Virus record (IMG/VR): IMGVR_UViG_3300029121_000010
Location: 1 to 45,565 of that record
DNA: 45,565 nucleotides
Strand: one strand, 5' to 3'
Source: a virus
A program made the position numbers and the translations under genes. The notes under the pieces were generated by a model that was not told the DNA's origin, made no database searches, and was given only the letters and a program-made list of their open reading frames with translations. The stretch's first letter is position 1. Every line of letters starts with the position of its first letter. Positions 25,245 through 33,702 of this stretch are shown here, in pieces.

Positions 25245-26465
25245 TCAAAACAAACTTAATTGCCCTTTGGTGTCGGTTGTTTCAGGCATAAGTAAATTTT
25301 TGAATATTGCTTCCAAAACGTCAACCACAATGCTATTTCCGGCAAGCTTGTATAGTTGCGAGTTTGATATGCCATGCAAGCGGTCAAACTGCTCATCTTT
25401 CACACCCATCAATCGCCAGCATTCCCTTGGGGTTAGCTTGCGGATGCGGTATCCCTCGGTTATTTTCGGTTCTAAACCGCCACCCTGACAAGTATTAAGA
25501 GCCGGACTACAACCATCTGAACTATAAACTCTACCTCTTTGCGGATTATCCCAATTTCCACTATCTACAATATTACCCACTTGAATAACTTTAGGTTCAA
25601 TGACATAATTGTCTTTTTGAACGCTTGTAAGAGTGTTTGTGCAACCATCATACTTTACCTCTAATCGTTGCTCGGTCGGAATTCCTACAGTACGGTCGCT
25701 TGGATTGTCTGGATTTCTGCCCCGGCTCGCTGCGATCACAGGCTCGGATACCAATTGCGGACCGTGTGCGTCTCTCGCACATAAAGTTTTGGCTATGTCC
25801 TTTGTGTTCAGTCTGTCTCTTTCCTGGGTAAACGTTGATTTTAGAAAAGAAGATACAGCGGTGGCGGATAGATAAAATTTCTCATCGACATTATCCTCCA
25901 ACATATCTTTTAAGCGTTTTTCAAGGGGTTTCGGGTTTGGGAATAGATATTGACCACCGCCAAGGATAGACACGCAAAAAATACGCTCCCGATTCTGCGG
26001 TATGCCGTAGTCTTTGGCATTAAGTACTTTGTAATAGTTTGTATATCCCATGTCCTCAAGTACTTTAAACCATTCATTGAAGTTATGGCAGTGCTTTTTG
26101 CTTAGAAGGTTCTTCACGTTTTCCATTAAAAGAAACTTAGGCTTAACAGCTCGGATAATACGCTCGCATTCCCACAATAGGCTTGAACGTGTGCCACTAC
26201 CCTTATCGCCACCGGCTTGTTTACCTGCCGATGAGAAGTCTTGGCAAGGCGTTGAGTATGTAATCATATCAAAATATGGCAGTTTTGATTCGTCTATGGT
26301 ATATATATCGCCGTAGTTCTTTGTTTCTCCGTGCAGTTGCATATAAGCCTGACTTGCGTATTTATCAAACTCGGCAATCTCTGAATAAACCTCTATGCCC
26401 AAATTTTTCAAAGCCAATGCTTGGCTTCCATATCCGGCACAAAGTTCTAATAATCTTATTTTCAT
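25245..26465 (-). CDS. DNA (cytosine-5) methyltransferase
   Basis: Motif I LELCAGYGS, motif IV STPCQDFSSAG and motif VI ENVKNL. Confidence 0.9.
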   Translation of the reverse strand: MKIRLLELCAGYGSQALALKNLGIEVYSEIAEFDKYASQAYMQLHGETKNYGDIYTIDESKLPYFDMITYSTPCQDFSSAGKQAGGDKGSGTRSSLLWECERIIRAVKPKFLLMENVKNLLSKKHCHNFNEWFKVLEDMGYTNYYKVLNAKDYGIPQNRERIFCVSILGGGQYLFPNPKPLEKRLKDMLEDNVDEKFYLSATAVSSFLKSTFTQERDRLNTKDIAKTLCARDAHGPQLVSEPVIAASRGRNPDNPSDRTVGIPTEQRLEVKYDGCTNTLTSVQKDNYVIEPKVIQVGNIVDSGNWDNPQRGRVYSSDGCSPALNTCQGGGLEPKITEGYRIRKLTPRECWRLMGVKDEQFDRLHGISNSQLYKLAGNSIVVDVLEAIFKNLLMPETTDTKGQLSLF

Positions 26466-26480
26466 CTCCTACTTCTCCCT

Positions 26481-27152
26481 TTATCTCATCATCAATGGCC
26501 GACCGCTTCGCTTGCGGAAATTTTCAAACTGCTTGGCAATGAAGCACCAATCCACCTCTTTGCCGTCTTTGTTCTTCACAAGCCAGTTTTGGACGGCATT
26601 GATTATCTGCGGCCCATAACTCTCGGCATAGGGTTTGATGTTTCGATTGTCCAACTTAAAACTAAAACTTTTATTAATTAAAAATTTACTGTTACTTAAA
26701 AACTCAAAATCATCGGGATAATCAAGAAAATGGTTTTCTTTTTCTTTTTCTTTATATATTTCTTTTTCTTTATCTTTTAAACTATTTAAATTAACAGTAA
26801 CAGTAGGCATCGTTTCGCATTGCGTGTTTTTAGGTTCGCATACGTTCGTATGCGTTTGCATGCGTTCGCATACGTTCGCATCATCTTTTTGTTGACGGGA
26901 TTTTTCCCATCTTTCCTTGGCTATGCGTGAATTTGCTCTTGATTTTTCACTCCATTTTTGGATTCCCTCGCCGAATTTTTTGGCAATGAACCGCCATACA
27001 CCCTTTTCGGATGGCTCATCAAGCATCATCTCATTGTCTAGCATGCGAAGAAGATTTTTGAATATAATGCCGGCATCCTCATTTGATATTTCTTCAATGA
27101 GGTCTTTCCAATCGCTATAAATTACAGCTGTTCTTTGTTTTCCGGTTGACAT
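26481..27152 (-). CDS. putative replication initiator / replisome organiser with intragenic origin
   Basis: 223-aa ORF with a strong AGGAGA RBS. Its central region is encoded by six tandem 10-bp iterons and is followed by a very AT-rich stretch, an arrangement like lambda O. Confidence 0.4.
   Translation of the reverse strand: MSTGKQRTAVIYSDWKDLIEEISNEDAGIIFKNLLRMLDNEMMLDEPSEKGVWRFIAKKFGEGIQKWSEKSRANSRIAKERWEKSRQQKDDANVCERMQTHTNVCEPKNTQCETMPTVTVNLNSLKDKEKEIYKEKEKENHFLDYPDDFEFLSNSKFLINKSFSFKLDNRNIKPYAESYGPQIINAVQNWLVKNKDGKEVDWCFIAKQFENFRKRSGRPLMMR
26811..26880. repeat. tandem 10-bp iterons (consensus ACGTTCGCAT) with embedded CGCATACG/CGTATGCG inverted repeats
   Basis: Plus-strand cgtttcgcat..ggttcgcat acgttcgtat gcgtttgcat gcgttcgcat acgttcgcat, about six to seven units at helical periodicity. 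An AT-rich region at 26640..26800 lies adjacent. Confidence 0.6.
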
Positions 27153-27316
27153 GCTCTATTCTCCTGACTTTCTAACTCACTCAATAAATCTCTTTCCAAA
27201 AAACGGAATTCTTTAGAAATGGTTTCTAAAACGACAATTGGAGCAGAGATTTCTTTCAATCTTTGCTCCAATCGCTTGTAGTGTCGTGATATGTTTTTTT
27301 GTATAATATGTTTCAT
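27122..27316 (-). CDS. hypothetical protein
   Basis: 64-aa ORF. Confidence 0.3.
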   Translation of the reverse strand: MKHIIQKNISRHYKRLEQRLKEISAPIVVLETISKEFRFLERDLLSELESQENRACQPENKEQL

Positions 27317-27384
27317 TTTTTCCCTCTCTATCGACTTTCTAAATACAAAATGATGTTATGCACAACTTTTTTAATTTGCAAGTA

Positions 27385-27777
27385 TTATTTTGGTTGAATA
27401 TTGTTTTTGTGGAAATAATCCACCACATCGGACACGCTTTTTGCCACGATATAGTGGTGTCCGGGGAGCTTTTCAATGGTGGCTTGGAATTCTTTTTGCT
27501 CATCACTCTGCGTTCCGGCTCGCTCATCAATGACCATGCGTTTGTATCGCTCGCTCCAACGATACGTTGCCGGCTTTTTGCACTCGATGCAGACAACTCC
27601 ATTTTTTATAAAAACTATTAAATCTGGTGAGCCGGATTTATATCCAAGCCTATTCATCAATATCTGTGTTTTTTGGTTTTTTATAAGACCTGCACCTGTT
27701 GATGTGTGCAAAAAACCATAAAACTTTAGATAATTTACTATACTTATTTGCACTTTATCTTCTAAATATTTATTCAT
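27385..27777 (-). CDS. VRR-NUC domain nuclease
   Basis: GSPDLIVFIKNGVVCIECKKP is the PD-(D/E)xK core characteristic of VRR-NUC. Confidence 0.65.
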   Translation of the reverse strand: MNKYLEDKVQISIVNYLKFYGFLHTSTGAGLIKNQKTQILMNRLGYKSGSPDLIVFIKNGVVCIECKKPATYRWSERYKRMVIDERAGTQSDEQKEFQATIEKLPGHHYIVAKSVSDVVDYFHKNNIQPK

Positions 27778-28442
27778 TTTATCCCTCTTATAGGAGTTTC
27801 AATTATATCTTTTAAATTCCAGCCGCTCTTTAATCTTTTTAAAACTATATGTTTAGGCATATTATACTTTTCACAAAACTGAGATATTGTGTATTTTTTT
27901 TGATTATATTCAATGATATGATTGTTCCTTTTGTTGTTTTGTTGTTCTTTATTAGTAATCCATCTGCAATTTTCTGGGCAGTAGTTTCCATTAACATCAA
28001 TTCTATCAATAGTTAAATTTTCTTTGTACCCATTTTCTTTGGCCCAAGAATAAAAATTTTCAAAACTATTTTTCCATTCATCGCACATGTTTATACCGCG
28101 ACCACCATACAAACTAAATTTCTTTTTATCATTTTTATTAAAGCATCTATTTTTTATTCCATGCCATATATTAAAAATTCTACTATTTGATAAACCATGA
28201 ATTTTTTTATTTTTTCCGTTTAAAATAGATGTTTTTATTTTATGGCAACCACAACTTTTCGTGTGACCAGATAACAAATTATTTTTTTCGACAATAGTTG
28301 TATTTCCACAATCACATTTGCATAGATAATATTCTTTTTTTCTAAAATATCCATTTTTCATAGGAAATTTTTTATAATTGTCTAATTTTATCACTGTCAA
28401 TTGATTAAATTTATGTCCTGAATTTAGTTTTATGTATTTCAT
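27774..28442 (-). CDS. HNH_3-like (degenerate) homing-endonuclease-family protein
   Basis: Zinc ribbon CKCDCGN..CGC, then YGGRGINMCDEW...NGYKENLTIDRIDVNGNYCPENCRWITNKEQ. This is a motif common to phage free-standing endonuclease-like proteins. Confidence 0.5.
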   Translation of the reverse strand: MKYIKLNSGHKFNQLTVIKLDNYKKFPMKNGYFRKKEYYLCKCDCGNTTIVEKNNLLSGHTKSCGCHKIKTSILNGKNKKIHGLSNSRIFNIWHGIKNRCFNKNDKKKFSLYGGRGINMCDEWKNSFENFYSWAKENGYKENLTIDRIDVNGNYCPENCRWITNKEQQNNKRNNHIIEYNQKKYTISQFCEKYNMPKHIVLKRLKSGWNLKDIIETPIRGIK

Positions 28443-28558
28443 TTCTTCTTTCTTCCAAAAATAAAAGCAAAAATCAAAAATGTTATAAGTGTTGCGAGGT
28501 CATCCGGATGCTCCCCGAAGTATTCGCATAATTCCAAAAGTGTGCTTTTATCATTCAT
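28439..28558 (-). CDS. small membrane protein (39 aa)
   Basis: MNDKSTLLELCEYFGEHPDDLATLITFLIFAFIFGRKKK, with a GAGGGAG RBS. Its TGA overlaps the ATG of the downstream gene. Confidence 0.3.
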   Translation of the reverse strand: MNDKSTLLELCEYFGEHPDDLATLITFLIFAFIFGRKKK

Positions 28559-28597
28559 GGTCTTTCTCCCTCATCTTTCGTATAAATTTCTTGACTT

Positions 28598-28647
28598 TTT
28601 CCCATTCGGCATCGGTGAGGAGGAATATCCTCACCCTGATGCCTTTT
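28598..28647 (+). terminator. strong intrinsic terminator oriented for the plus strand
   Basis: 13-bp stem GGCATCgGTGAGG/CCTCACCctGATGCC with an 8-nt loop, followed by TTTTTCTTTTT on the plus strand. On the minus strand it is preceded, not followed, by an A/T tract. Confidence 0.45.
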
Positions 28648-28832
28648 TCTTTTTGCCGATGCTCTTAGGCTATTTTAAGAGCCCCTCAACTCCTTTTTGG
28701 TATAACGTATTTCTTTCCAGAAAGTCATCGGCGGCTTGAATATGAAGCTCTGCGTTTGGCACATCCTCTTGCTTAAGCTTGTTGTTTAATTTTATTACCA
28801 ATGCCACGGCTTCTCTCCGTAGTATCTCTCCA

Positions 28833-29801
28833 TTACTCGTTCTCCCAAGTTTCGCAGAGTGCTTTGATTTGGTTCATAAGGTTTTTGATTTGCCCAAGAT
28901 TGCTTTCCTTAAACGTAAATCTGACACGCCCACCAAGGATTTTTTCTTGCTTTGGGGTGATTTCATCAACCTTGTTTTGTTTAGTTAAGCCTTTGATTTC
29001 GCTTTCGTTTGGGGTGATTTCATCAGCTTCTTCTTTTGCCTTGGCTTCAGCTTCGGCAGCGGCTTTGGCTTCCTGCTCTTTTTTGATTTCTTCCTGACGG
29101 ATGCGGAATTTCTTCTCGGCTTCAAAAGAGTTTTCAATCATGGTTGTCAGCCCCAAACCGGTGGTGTATTGGCATTGAGATAAAAAATAGGCTTCTTTGT
29201 TGATGTCAAAGCCGTAGGCTTCAACCTTTGCTTTGTAAAGTGTCTTTACAAGCTCAAGCTTTTCTTCATGCTGTTTTCTGGCTTGCTCTTGTGCTTCAAT
29301 CAATGCTTTGATGTCGTTGGCAATGATTTGGATGTCATCTTTGATTGATTTCTTGCTGGTGGACTTATTCAACCATTTTTCTTGCATGGCAAAGCGGTTT
29401 GCATATTCTTGCAATCCCTCGGTGCGGATTGTTTCATCAATCAAATCTTGAACGGCAATACGTCTTTTTTCACGCTCGGCAGCTTCAAAGCTATCCACTT
29501 GAGTTTTAAGGCCGTTGTATGCACTGTCAAAAATGCCTTTGATTTCCAAAATCTGGGCAAGAACCGGGTCGATGCGTGCTTTGTATTGTTTCTCAAATTC
29601 TTTGCGTTTGGCATCAATCTCTTTGGCATATTTGTTGATGTCGGCCATCTCTTTTTTGATGTCAATGACTTGGTCTTCGGTAACCATCAAATTTTGATAT
29701 TTTTCTACCTTTTCTAAAGCCCATTTTTTAAGTTCTTCAAAGTTAAACTCAAATTTAGCTACTGTTTCGTCTTTCAAAACGATTAATGTGTTTTCCGTCA
29801 T
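28833..29801 (-). CDS. coiled-coil protein associated with the recombination module
   Basis: 322-aa, highly charged, with an alanine/glutamate-rich segment (EQEAKAAAEAEAKAKEEADE), directly downstream of RecT. Confidence 0.4.
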   Translation of the reverse strand: MTENTLIVLKDETVAKFEFNFEELKKWALEKVEKYQNLMVTEDQVIDIKKEMADINKYAKEIDAKRKEFEKQYKARIDPVLAQILEIKGIFDSAYNGLKTQVDSFEAAEREKRRIAVQDLIDETIRTEGLQEYANRFAMQEKWLNKSTSKKSIKDDIQIIANDIKALIEAQEQARKQHEEKLELVKTLYKAKVEAYGFDINKEAYFLSQCQYTTGLGLTTMIENSFEAEKKFRIRQEEIKKEQEAKAAAEAEAKAKEEADEITPNESEIKGLTKQNKVDEITPKQEKILGGRVRFTFKESNLGQIKNLMNQIKALCETWENE

Positions 29802-29849
29802 ATTTTTATTCCTTAAAAAGTGGGGAGCCGGTGAAGCTCCCCGGATTTA

Positions 29850-30710
29850 TTAAAATTCTATTGTTTGTTGTTGCGGTTGCTCTGCCGGTGCTTCCGGTGC
29901 CTTTGGTTGTTCCGGCTCCGGTTCTTCTATAATCTCGCCGGTTTTCTCGTCAAAGTTAGGGATTTCATCATCCAGCGGCAAGGCTTCATAGTCGGCTTCA
30001 ACATATCCTTGTTGCGGTTGCTTTGGCATCTCATATTCTTCATTATCAATGTCAATGCCTTTTTGCAGTTCTGGGCTTAATGGCAACCATTTGGACAATC
30101 TTTTGAACACTGTTTTTTTTGCCATTTCGTCATAATCGGTTACCCATGGGCCATTGTTCGGAGATTTTGAACGCTTGCGGATGGCATCAACCTCATCTTT
30201 GCTCATAACCTCGCATTTCTTGGTGCCGTCCTTAAAGGTTACAATTGCATAATAAGCATAGGCTTCCCCTCTTGGTCTGCGGAAATGAATGCGGTGTGTG
30301 GTGATTTCTCCAATGTTGTATTCAAAATCGTCATTATCACATACTTTGTCGGCATGAATGTTGCTGATCATACCGCTACGCATGGCAAGCTCGGCAATGC
30401 CTTTGTAGTCTATAATCAGTTGAATGTCGTTTTTGTAGGGAATTAAATAAGCTCTGCGGCCGTCCGGCTCAATGCCAAGCTCGGCACATTTCATAAATGC
30501 TTCGGCAAGGCTTTTTTTGCCCTCTTTGGTTTGCAATGCCAAAATCAATTTGCTGTTCTTTTTAATGCATGTTACTGCAACTCTGGCAAATCTTTCCGGT
30601 GTGCAAATCTTTGGCAAAACTCGAACCCAACCAGCCGATAATTCATCCACATATTTTTGAACAACGTCAACCTTTTTGGTTTCTTGAACTACTGGAACAT
30701 TTTCCGTCAT
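29850..30710 (-). CDS. recT: RecT-family single-strand annealing recombinase
   Basis: PDGRRAYLIPYKNDIQLIIDYKGIAELAMRSGMISNIHADKVCDNDDFEY matches the RecT core. The C-terminus is an acidic tail. Confidence 0.7.
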   Translation of the reverse strand: MTENVPVVQETKKVDVVQKYVDELSAGWVRVLPKICTPERFARVAVTCIKKNSKLILALQTKEGKKSLAEAFMKCAELGIEPDGRRAYLIPYKNDIQLIIDYKGIAELAMRSGMISNIHADKVCDNDDFEYNIGEITTHRIHFRRPRGEAYAYYAIVTFKDGTKKCEVMSKDEVDAIRKRSKSPNNGPWVTDYDEMAKKTVFKRLSKWLPLSPELQKGIDIDNEEYEMPKQPQQGYVEADYEALPLDDEIPNFDEKTGEIIEEPEPEQPKAPEAPAEQPQQQTIEF

Positions 30711-30746
30711 TGTTTTTTCCTCTCATTAAAATTAAAACACTATAAA

Positions 30747-30773
30747 GTTATAATGTTTTCTTGTAATTGTCAA
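30747..30773 (-). promoter_or_regulatory. sigma70-like promoter TTGACA-15nt-TATAAC with the ATTACAA element
   Basis: Minus-strand GTTGACAATTACAAGAAAACATTATAAC, followed by a GGAAAAA RBS and the RecT ATG. Confidence 0.5.
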
Positions 30774-30780
30774 CACAAAA

Positions 30781-30811
30781 AACAAAAAAAATCCCCAGAT
30801 TTTCTCCGGGG
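30781..30811 (-). terminator. rho-independent terminator after the exonuclease gene
   Basis: Minus-strand CCCCGGAGAAAATCTGGGG followed by ATTTTTTTTGTTTTTTG. Confidence 0.55.
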
Positions 30812-30822
30812 ATTTGTTAGGC

Positions 30823-31710
30823 TTATATTTCTTCTTCCGCCTGCTTGTTTGTTATCCATTGGCTTAAGTGCAGCTCAATGATGTTTGGGTATGGTTGCCA
30901 GATGCTATCGTCTTTGGTTTCAAGCCATTGTTTATATTTTTCGGCAATGGTGTCTATAAGATATCTGGCTCGGTCTTTTGCGTATTCCACGTCTTCCATG
31001 CAGTATCGCAAAATGGCAATCATTTCTTCTTCGTCCGGCTTTTTGGATTGCATGATAAAAACAAACTCGCTCGGATATTCTCCGTATTTTTCAAAAATCG
31101 CCTGACGATAGACCGCATCTTGCAAATAATAGCTGTTTTTGTGTGGCCACTTGATGAAACTCTCCATCTCGCCGGATGTTTTGTAGTCAATAACCACAAT
31201 GCCGTTCTTTGTACGTTTTATGGCATCTACCTTGCATTTCATCAATAATCCGGTTTGGTCATCTCTCCAAACAATCGGGAGCTCGGTTGTTGCTCCGGAA
31301 ATAATACTTGCGGCCAATTTATGCCCTCTTAGGCTTGCAATCATCGTTCCGGCTCGCTCCCATTCTTCAGATGACACAACAATGCGGTCATCTGGGAAGT
31401 CTTTTATAAATTTTCGGTATGCTGCCGTATCTCTGCCCTTGGCTCCCCAATCGGCAACAACAAATCTTTTCTCAAGTTCTTCCGGCTCAAGAAGCATGCA
31501 GTGAGCCAACTTTCCAAACACAAGGGCATCGCTTGCATCTTTGTCTGCGTTGGTCTTTTTGTTTGGGTTAAGTGGTGATGATTGCCAAAATCTATAAGCT
31601 CCGCATCCGCCCTCGTTAAATTGTTTAATCTGGCTGGCAGAAAGGGCCGGCAATGCGAAGTATTCATCATCGTTGTTCATGTTGTTAATTTGTTGTATGG
31701 TCATCTTCAT
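30823..31710 (-). CDS. PD-(D/E)xK exonuclease (YqaJ/lambda-Exo-like)
   Basis: KCKVDAIKRTKNGIVVIDYKTS is the D..(D/E)xK motif. It is paired with RecT. Confidence 0.65.
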   Translation of the reverse strand: MKMTIQQINNMNNDDEYFALPALSASQIKQFNEGGCGAYRFWQSSPLNPNKKTNADKDASDALVFGKLAHCMLLEPEELEKRFVVADWGAKGRDTAAYRKFIKDFPDDRIVVSSEEWERAGTMIASLRGHKLAASIISGATTELPIVWRDDQTGLLMKCKVDAIKRTKNGIVVIDYKTSGEMESFIKWPHKNSYYLQDAVYRQAIFEKYGEYPSEFVFIMQSKKPDEEEMIAILRYCMEDVEYAKDRARYLIDTIAEKYKQWLETKDDSIWQPYPNIIELHLSQWITNKQAEEEI

Positions 31711-31729
31711 CTCCTTTACTGTTAAAGCG

Positions 31730-31763
31730 ATGTAAAATTACAATAAAATATTGTAATTGTCAA
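31730..31763 (-). promoter_or_regulatory. sigma70-like promoter with overlapping perfect 9-3-9 palindrome ATTACAATA-ttt-TATTGTAAT
   Basis: Minus-strand GTTGACAATTACAATATTTTATTGTAATTT. The palindrome (31737..31757) covers the spacer and -10 region, as expected for an operator. Confidence 0.5.
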
Positions 31764-31798
31764 CCAAAAAAACACCCTTTGCAAAAGTGCATCGGGTG
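31764..31798 (-). terminator. rho-independent terminator
   Basis: Minus-strand CACCCgatgcacttttgcaaaGGGTG followed by TTTTTTTGG. Confidence 0.45.
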
Positions 31799-31873
31799 CG
31801 GAGATGAAAAAACTTAACGGCAATTTTATTTTTTCATATATTATCTTACTCTTTTTCTGTCTGATGTCAACCT

Positions 31874-32320
31874 TTATTGTCTGGCTTTTTTAGCCAACTT
31901 ATCAGTTATGGCTTGGCGGATTGAATATCTGTCTTGTCGTTTGGTGTGAGCTGTTTTGTGATATATTCTCCAATTTTCGCAATAAAGCATCCCCCTAATT
32001 CGCTCTGCGATGGCTCTGTATTTGTCTTTTTTTGTTTCTGGGTGCAATATGCTATCTATTGCTATCTTGCTGTCTGTGACAATAAAAACAGGCTCTTTTT
32101 TAGGAACTCCGTTTATGTTTTGGAGAGCATAGTATATGGCAAGCAATTCCGCCTGATTCGAATCTTCGGCTTTTGTCTTGATTCTCAATGTAGTTTCTTT
32201 AATTCCGTGAGGAATCAGTTGTCTAATTAATATACCTAAACCAGCTTCTTTGGTTTTACTATCAAAGCTGGCGTCTGTCCAGATTTGACACATCTTTACC
32301 CCATATAGCTTCTTCGTCAC
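31874..32320 (-). CDS. RNase H
   Basis: IWTDASFDSKTKEAGLGILI...NQAELLAIYYAL...IVTDSK contains the RNase H1 catalytic D..E..D pattern. Confidence 0.55.
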   Translation of the reverse strand: MTKKLYGVKMCQIWTDASFDSKTKEAGLGILIRQLIPHGIKETTLRIKTKAEDSNQAELLAIYYALQNINGVPKKEPVFIVTDSKIAIDSILHPETKKDKYRAIAERIRGMLYCENWRIYHKTAHTKRQDRYSIRQAITDKLAKKARQ

Positions 32321-32885
32321 TATAACCTTTATGCTTTCTTGCGTGATAACAGGAATTACTTATTCCTGAAATTCTTATCCATTCTGATAAATGGTGTGTT
32401 TCCCCATTTATTGTTATGTATTTTGTTCTAGTTGTATTTTTTAATTGGTCTTCTTTTTTTATCCATTTACAGTTCTCTGGGCAATAATTTCCATTAACAT
32501 TTACCCTTTCAATCGTTAAATTGTCTTTGTACCCATTTTTATAAGCCCAATTTATAAATTTTAATCTGTCGTTTAGCCATTCATCACATATCTTAATGTT
32601 TCTGAGACCATAATTTTTATATTCTGGATTTTTGGGGTTGTAACATCTTTGCTTCATAGATGTAAATATTTTATATATTCTAGTTTTGTATAAATTATGT
32701 TTAGTTTGAGTTCGATAAAAATCACAACCACAATTTGTCTTTTCGCCTATAGTTAATCGAGACGTATATACAAATATTTCATTTCCGCAATCGCATTTGC
32801 ATTTCCAAAATCTTTTTCCTTCTTTGGAAAAAGCATAGCTGATTACAGTTAGTTTACCAAATTTTTTACCAGTTAAATCATTCAT
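32262..32885 (-). CDS. second HNH_3-like (degenerate) homing-endonuclease-family protein, paralogue of 27774..28442
   Basis: Same architecture as 27774..28442: GKKFGKLTVI, CKCDCGN, YRIWSxMKQRCYNPKNPEYKNYGLRNIKICDEW, NGYKDNLTIERVNVNGNYCPENCKWI. The likely start is MNDLTGKK at 32885. Confidence 0.5.
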   Translation of the reverse strand: MNDLTGKKFGKLTVISYAFSKEGKRFWKCKCDCGNEIFVYTSRLTIGEKTNCGCDFYRTQTKHNLYKTRIYKIFTSMKQRCYNPKNPEYKNYGLRNIKICDEWLNDRLKFINWAYKNGYKDNLTIERVNVNGNYCPENCKWIKKEDQLKNTTRTKYITINGETHHLSEWIRISGISNSCYHARKHKGYSDEEAIWGKDVSNLDRRQL

Positions 32886-32977
32886 TTTATTAGCCTTTAT
32901 AAAACAGCCTATTAAAAAAAAGATTAGCACAGGCGATAGGCTTTTCGCTTTTCGGGAGCTACCCTAGTGCCGAGGTT

Positions 32978-33005
32978 ATTATAACAAAAATAAAACAAGT
33001 TTCAA
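32978..33005 (-). promoter_or_regulatory. sigma70-like promoter TTGAAA-16nt-TATAAT for the HNH_3-like gene, followed by a structured leader with CTTTTCG direct repeats and a T8 run
   Basis: Minus-strand TTGAAACTTGTTTTATTTTTGTTATAAT. The leader reads ...CGAAAAGCGAAAAGCC...GTGCTAATCTTTTTTTT. Confidence 0.4.
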
Positions 33006-33020
33006 GAATTAAAACCACCA

Positions 33021-33047
33021 TTGACAATCCTCCCAAATAGTTATAAT
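33021..33047 (+). promoter_or_regulatory. plus-strand sigma70-like promoter TTGACA-15nt-TATAAT pointing antisense into the lysis cassette
   Basis: Plus-strand TTGACAatcctcccaaatagtTATAAT has the same 15-nt spacer architecture as the early promoters. No credible plus-strand CDS lies downstream. Confidence 0.4.
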
Positions 33048-33069
33048 TTATTTATGTTATCTATATCTG

Positions 33070-33095
33070 ACATAAAACCCCGACGGCATTTTGCT
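33070..33095 (-). terminator. terminator at the end of the lysis operon
   Basis: Minus-strand CCCCGAtagcaaaatgccgTCGGGG followed by TTTTATG. Confidence 0.4.
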
Positions 33096-33108
33096 ATCGG
33101 GGTTCTCC

Positions 33109-33324
33109 TTATCTGGAATTAGTGGTTTTAATTATGAATTGAGCGACCTTCGCTCTATCTGGCTTAGTTCCGTCAACGATTCTATAATCTGGAAAATCTT
33201 CTTGCAAGCCTTTTTTCCAATCATCATATTTATCCGGCATTGTGATGGAGTACATCGGGCAACGTCCGTGCTTTATAGCTCCAACATATTTACCAACATT
33301 TACTATTCTTATCTCTTTTGGCAA
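33109..33324 (-). CDS. hypothetical protein
   Basis: 71-aa ORF at the distal end of the lysis cassette. Confidence 0.35.
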   Translation of the reverse strand: MPKEIRIVNVGKYVGAIKHGRCPMYSITMPDKYDDWKKGLQEDFPDYRIVDGTKPDRAKVAQFIIKTTNSR

Positions 33325-33548
33325 AGGTCCAACTCCTGTTTAAGTTTATACAATCGAGCTTGATGCTCCCAAAAATTTTCAAATCCGGCATAGGGTATTT
33401 TTTCAAGCTCTTTTCCGACTTTTTCTCCACCTATTGGATAAACCGGGCAAGGTCTAGAACTTATTTTCGGCGTACATGCGCAAAGCAGTATCACGATCAA
33501 TATTAGGAGCAGAATAAATTGCCGATTTTTCTTTTTCAACTTCCACAT
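33309..33548 (-). CDS. o-spanin-like lipoprotein
   Basis: Signal peptide with Cys (LLLILIVILLCAC). Its ORF overlaps the preceding i-spanin-like ORF out of frame, the classic overlapped spanin architecture. Confidence 0.4.
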   Translation of the reverse strand: MWKLKKKNRQFILLLILIVILLCACTPKISSRPCPVYPIGGEKVGKELEKIPYAGFENFWEHQARLYKLKQELDLCQKR

Positions 33549-33702
33549 ATTTGACGACCTCTTTAGTCACATACTCAACTTTTGTATCAGAGCTTCCCAC
33601 CCGATAGCCAGCCCAATAAGCTCCGCCAAGAATAACAATAAAAACAAATAAAAAAACCGCATATTTTACCATAATAGCCACCAAGTAAGGATAGCCCCCC
33701 AA
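33454..33702 (-). CDS. i-spanin-like protein
   Basis: N-terminal transmembrane helix (YLVAIMVKYAVFLFVFIVILGGAYWAGY) followed by a charged periplasmic segment. Confidence 0.4.
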   Translation of the reverse strand: MGGYPYLVAIMVKYAVFLFVFIVILGGAYWAGYRVGSSDTKVEYVTKEVVKYVEVEKEKSAIYSAPNIDRDTALRMYAENKF

